Positions 58,601 to 64,000 of a stretch of DNA of 64,000 nucleotides are shown here, one piece after another. Where the stretch lies: NCBI GenBank assembly GCA_040954595.2, contig CM082589.2, positions 10,242,894 through 10,306,893 of the forward strand, written 5' to 3'. Position 1 is the stretch's first letter. Each line of letters opens with the position of its first letter. The translations under genes were made by a program, and so were the position numbers. The stretch comes from Balanoglossus misakiensis (lineage: Eukaryota; Animalia; Hemichordata). The notes under the pieces were generated by a model that was not told where the DNA came from, searched no databases, and worked only from the letters and a program-made list of their open reading frames with translations.

Positions 58601-61600
58601 AATGACAAATTTTCGACTTTGCAAAATCTCAAAATTTCGTAAATTTTTGAAAAAAAGTCATGGGTGAAAATCATCAAAAAATTAAAAAGTTTCGTCTTTG
58701 CAAAATCTCAAAATTTCGTCGATTTTTGAAAAAAAAATCATGGGTAAAAATCATCAAAAAATTACAAATTTTCGACTTTGCAAAATCTAAAAATTTTGTC
58801 GATTTTTGAAAAAAATCATGGGTGAAAATCATCAAAAAATGACAAATTTTCGACTTTGCAAAATCTCAAAATTTCGTCGATTTTTGAAAAAAATCATGGG
58901 TGAAAATCATCAAAAAATGACAAATTTTCGACTTTGCAAAATCTTAAATTTCGTCGATTTTTGAAAAAAATCATGGGTGAAAATCATCAAAAAATGACAA
59001 ATTTTTGACTTTGCAAAATCTCAAAATTTCGTCGATTTTTGAGAAAAATCATAGGAAAAAATTATCAAAAAATGACAAATTTTCGACTTTGCAAAATCTC
59101 AAAATTTCGTCGATTTTTGAAAAAAATCATGGGTGAAAATCATCAAAAAATGACAAATTTTCGACTTTGCAAAATCTTAAATTTCGTCGATTTTTGAAAA
59201 AAATCATGGGTGAAAATCATCAAAAAATGACAAATTTTTGACTTTGCAAAATCTCAAAATTTCGTCGATTTTTGAGAAAAATCATGGGTGAAAATCATCA
59301 AAAAATGACAAATTTTCGTCTTTGCAAAATCTCAAAATTTGGTCGATTTTTGAAAAAAAAAATCATGGGTAAAAATCATCAAAAAATGACAAATTTTCGA
59401 CTTTGCAAAATCTCAAATTTCGTCGATTTTTGAAAAGAATCATGGGTGAAAATCATCAAAAAATGACAAATTTTCGACTTTGCAAAATCTCAAAATTTCG
59501 TCGATTTTTGAGAAAAATCATGGGTGAAAATCATCAAAAAACGACAAATTTTCGTCTTTGCAAAATCTCAAAATTTCGTCGATTTTTGAAAAAAATCATG
59601 GGTGAAAATCATCAAAAAATGACAATTTTTTGTCTTTGCAAAATCTCAAAATTTGGTCGATTTTTGAAAAACAAAATCATGGGAAAAAATCATCAAAAAA
59701 TGACAAATTTTCGACTTTGCAAAATCTCAAAATTTCGTCGATTTTGGAAAAAAAAACATGGGTGAAAATCATCAAAAAATGACAAATTTTCGAATTTGCA
59801 AAATCTCAAAATTTCGTCGATTTTTGAAAAAAATCATGGGTTCGTTCAATTTTGAAAAAAAACATGGGTGAAAATCATCAAAAAATTACAAATTTTCGAC
59901 TTTGCAAAATCTCAAAATTTTGTCGATTTTTGAAAAAAAATCATGGGTGAAAATCATTAATAAATGACAAATTTTCGACTTTGCAAAATCTCAAAATTTT
60001 GTCGATTTTTGAAAAAAAATCATGGGTTCGTTGATTTTTGAAAAAAAACATGGGTGAAAATCATCAAAAAATTACAAATTTTCGAATTTGCAAAATCTCA
60101 AAATTTTGTCGATTTTTGAAAAAAATCATGGGTGAAAATCATCAAAAAATGACACATTTTCGACTTTGCAAAATCTCAAAATTTCGTCGATTTTTGAAAA
60201 AAATCATGGGTGAAAATCATCAAAAAATGACAAATTTTCGACTTTGCAAAATCTCAAAATTTCGTCGATTTTTGAAAAAAATCATGGGTTCGTTCAATTT
60301 TGAAAAAAAATATGGGTGAAAATCATCAAAAAATTACAAATTTTCGTCTTTGCAAAATCTCAAAATTTCGTCGATTTTTGAAAAAAAAAATCATGGGTAA
60401 AAATCATCAAAAAATTACAAATTTTCGACTTTGCAAAATCTCAAAATTTTGTCGATTTTTGAAAAAAAATCATGGGTGAAAATCATTAATAAATGACAAA
60501 TTTTCGACTTTGCAAAATCTCAAAATTTCGTCGATTTTTGAAAAAAAATCATGGGTGAAAATCATCAAAAAATTACAAATTTTCGACTTTGCAAAATCTC
60601 AAAATTTCGTCGATTTTTGAGAAAAATCATGGGTGAAAATCATCAAAAAATGACAAATTTTCGACTTTGCAAAATCTCAAAATTTTGTCGATTTTTGAAA
60701 AAAAATCATGGGTTCGTTGATTTTTGAAAAAAAACATGGGTGAAAATCATCAAAAAATTACAAATTTTCGAATTTGCAAAATCTCAAAATTTCGTCGATT
60801 TTTGAAAAAAATCATGGGTGAAAATCATCAAAAAATGACAAATTTTCGACTTTGCAAAATCTCAAAATTTCGTCGATTTTTGAAAAAAATCATGGGTTCG
60901 TTCAATTTTGAAAAAAAATATGGGTGAAAATCATCAAAAAATTACAAATTTTCGTCTTTGCAAAATCTCAAAATTTCGTCGATTTTTGAAAAAAAAAATC
61001 ATGGGTAAAAATCATCAAAAAATTACAAATTTTCGACTTTGCAAAATCTCAAAATTTCGTCGATTTTTGAAAAAAATCATGGGTGAAAATCATCAAAAAA
61101 TGACAAATTTTCGACTTTGCAAAATCTCAAAATTTCGTAAATTTTTGAAAAAAAGTCATGGGTGAAAATCATCAAAAAATTAAAAAGTTTCGTCTTTGCA
61201 AAATCTCAAAATTTCGTCGATTTTTGAAAAAAAAATCATGGGTAAAAATCATCAAAAAATTACAAATTTTCGACTTTGCAAAATCTAAAAATTTTGTCGA
61301 TTTTTGAAAAAAATCATGGGTGAAAATCATCAAAAAATGACAAATTTTCGACTTTGCAAAATCTCAAAATTTCGTCGATTTTTGAAAAAAATCATGGGTG
61401 AAAATCATCAAAAAATGACAAATTTTCGACTTTGCAAAATCTTAAATTTCGTCGATTTTTGAAAAAAATCATGGGTGAAAATCATCAAAAAATGACAAAT
61501 TTTTGACTTTGCAAAATCTCAAAATTTCGTCGATTTTTGAGAAAAATCATAGGAAAAATTATCAAAAAATGACAAATTTTCGACTTTGCAAAATCTCAAA

Positions 61601-64000
61601 ATTTCGTCGATTTTTGAAAAAAATCATGGGTGAAAATCATCAAAAAATGACAAATTTTCGACTTTGCAAAATCTTAAATTTCGTCGATTTTTGAAAAAAA
61701 TCATGGGTGAAAATCATCAAAAAATGACAAATTTTTGACTTTGCAAAATCTCAAAATTTCGTCGATTTTTGAGAAAAATCATTGGGTGAAAATCATCAAA
61801 AAATGACAAATTTTCGTCTTTGCAAAATCTCAAAATTTGGTCGATTTTTGAAAAAAAAAATCATGGGTAAAAATCATCAAAAAATGACAAATTTTCGACT
61901 TTGCAAAATCTCAAATTTCGTCGATTTTTGAAAAGAATCATGGGTGAAAATCATCAAAAAATGACAAATTTTCGACTTTGCAAAATCTCAAAATTTCGTC
62001 GATTTTTGAGAAAAATCATGGGTGAAAATCATCAAAAAACGACAAATTTTCGTCTTTGCAAAATCTCAAAATTTCGTCGATTTTTGAAAAAAATCATGGG
62101 TGAAAATCATCAAAAAATGACAATTTTTTGTCTTTGCAAAATCTCAAAATTTGGTCGATTTTTGAAAAACAAAATCTTGGGAAAAAATCATCAAAAAATG
62201 ACAAATTTTCGACTTTGCAAAATCTCAAAATTTCGTCGATTTTGGAAAAAAAAACATGGGTGAAAATCATCAAAAAATGACAAATTTTCGAATTTGCAAA
62301 ATCTCAAAATTTCGTCGATTTTTGAAAAAAATCATGGGTTCGTTCAATTTTGAAAAAAAACATGGGTGAAAATCATCAAAAAATTACAAATTTTCGACTT
62401 TGCAAAATCTCAAAATTTTGTCGATTTTTGAAAAAAAATCATGGGTGAAAATCATTAATAAATGACAAATTTTCGACTTTGCAAAATCTCAAAATTTCGT
62501 CGATTTTTGAAAAAAAATCATGGGTGAAAATCATCAAAAAATGACAAATTTTCGACTTTGCAAAATCTCAAAATTTTGTCGATTTTTGAAAAAAAATCAT
62601 GGGTTCGTTGATTTTTGAAAAAAAACATGGGTGAAAATCATCAAAAAATTACAAATTTTCGAATTTGCAAAATCTCAAAATTTTGTCGATTTTTGAAAAA
62701 AATCATGGGTGAAAATCATCAAAAAATGACACATTTTCGACTTTGCAAAATCTCAAAATTTCGTCGATTTTTGAAAAAAATCATGGGTGAAAATCATCAA
62801 AAAATGACAAATTTTCGACTTTGCAAAATCTCAAAATTTCGTCGATTTTTGAAAAAAATCATGGGTTCGTTCAATTTTGAAAAAAAATATGGGTGAAAAT
62901 CATCAAAAAATTACAAATTTTCGTCTTTGCGAAATCTCAAAATTTCGTCGATTTTTGAAAAAAAAAATCATGGGTAAAAATCATCAAAAAATTACAAATT
63001 TTCGACTTTGCAAAATCTCAAAATTTTGTCGATTTTTGAAAAAAATCATGGGTGAAAATCATCAAAAAATGACAAATTTTCGACTTTTCAAAATCTCAAA
63101 ATTTCGTCGATTTTTGAAAAAAAAAACATGGGTGAAAATCATCAAAAAATGACAAATTTTCGACTTTGCAAAATCTCAAAATTTCGTCGATTTTTGAAAA
63201 AAATCATGGGTTCGTTCAATTTTGAAAAAAAACATGGGTGAAAATCATCAAAAAATTACAAATTTTCGACTTTGCAAAATCTCAAAATTTTGTCGATTTT
63301 TGAAAAAAAATCATGGGTGAAAATCATTAATAAATGACAAATTTTCGACTTTGCAAAATCTCAAAATTTCGTCGATTTTTGAAAAAAAATCATGGGTTCG
63401 TTGATTTTTGAAAAAAAACATGGGTGAAAATCATCAAAAAATTACAAATTTTCGAATTTGCAAAATCTCAAAATTTTGTCGATTTTTGAAAAAAATCATG
63501 GGTGAAAATCATCAAAAAATGACACATTTTCGACTTTGCAAAATCTCAAAATTTCGTCGATTTTTGAAAAAAATCATGGGTGAAAATCATCAAAAAATGA
63601 CAAATTTTCGACTTTGCAAAATCTCAAAATTTCGTCGATTTTTGAAAAAAATCATGGGTTCGTTCAATTTTGAAAAAAAACATGGGTGAAAATCATCAAA
63701 AAATTACAAATTTTCGACTTTGCAAAATCTCAAAAATTTGTCGATTTTTGAAAAAAAATCATGGGTGAAAATCATTAATAAATGACAAATTTTCGACATT
63801 GCAAAATCTCAAAATTTCGTCGATTTTTGAAAAAAAAATCATGGGTGAAAATCATCAAAAAATTACAAATTTTCGACTTTGCAAAATCTCAAAATTTCGT
63901 CGATTTTTGAGAAAAATCATGGGTGAAAATCATCAAAAAATGACAAATTTTCGACTTTGCAAAATCTCAAAATTTTGTCGATTTTTGAAAAAAAATCATG
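49623..64000 (+). repeat. 78-bp A/T-tract satellite, main block (over 14 kb, runs off the window) with higher-order repeats
   Basis: Consensus ATCATGGGTGAAAATCATCAAAAAATGACAAATTTTCGACTTTGCAAAATCTCAAAATTTCGTCGATTTTTGAAAAAA (78 bp, seen as a 26-codon period in the ORF track), interspersed with 28-bp ATCATGGGTTCGTCGATTTTTGAAAAAA units. Confidence 0.97.

Noticed and set aside
45563-64000. Dozens of K/F/N-rich ORFs (MGENHQKMTNFRLCKISKFRRFLKK repeats)
   Set aside because: The 78-bp monomer is a multiple of 3, so open frames arise by chance. They break at every A-run length change.

Overview
Eukaryotic, AT-rich, repeat-saturated window with no recognisable host gene. The intron-bearing transposases, SINEs, Gypsy elements and satellites point to a marine invertebrate, heterochromatin-like region (inference). 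Left to right: (1) a ~192-bp satellite (1-4730); (2) a mosaic of duplicated modules made of satellite, SINE tail, ~170-bp degenerate repeat and a Kolobok fold-back MITE; (3) a 3'-truncated, 11-exon Kolobok transposase element at a TTAA site (8956-~20690), with three elements nested in its introns, one being a full-length, very young Gypsy retrotransposon (15258-20258); (4) a ~2-kb dispersed repeat present twice; (5) a 3'-truncated Gmr1-type Gypsy (order PR-IN-RT) interrupted by a 5.47-kb CACT...AGTG DNA transposon with a 3-bp TSD (31404-36876); (6) a cluster of nested MITEs (39.6-42.5 kb); (7) at least 18 kb of a 78-bp A-tract satellite with an orientation switch near 49620. The 5.47-kb element is the most interesting object. 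It encodes a RAG1/Transib/Chapaev-like DDE transposase plus an unknown 216-aa protein in convergent orientation, and has bipartite terminal signals. All calls were made by eye; no database searches were run.
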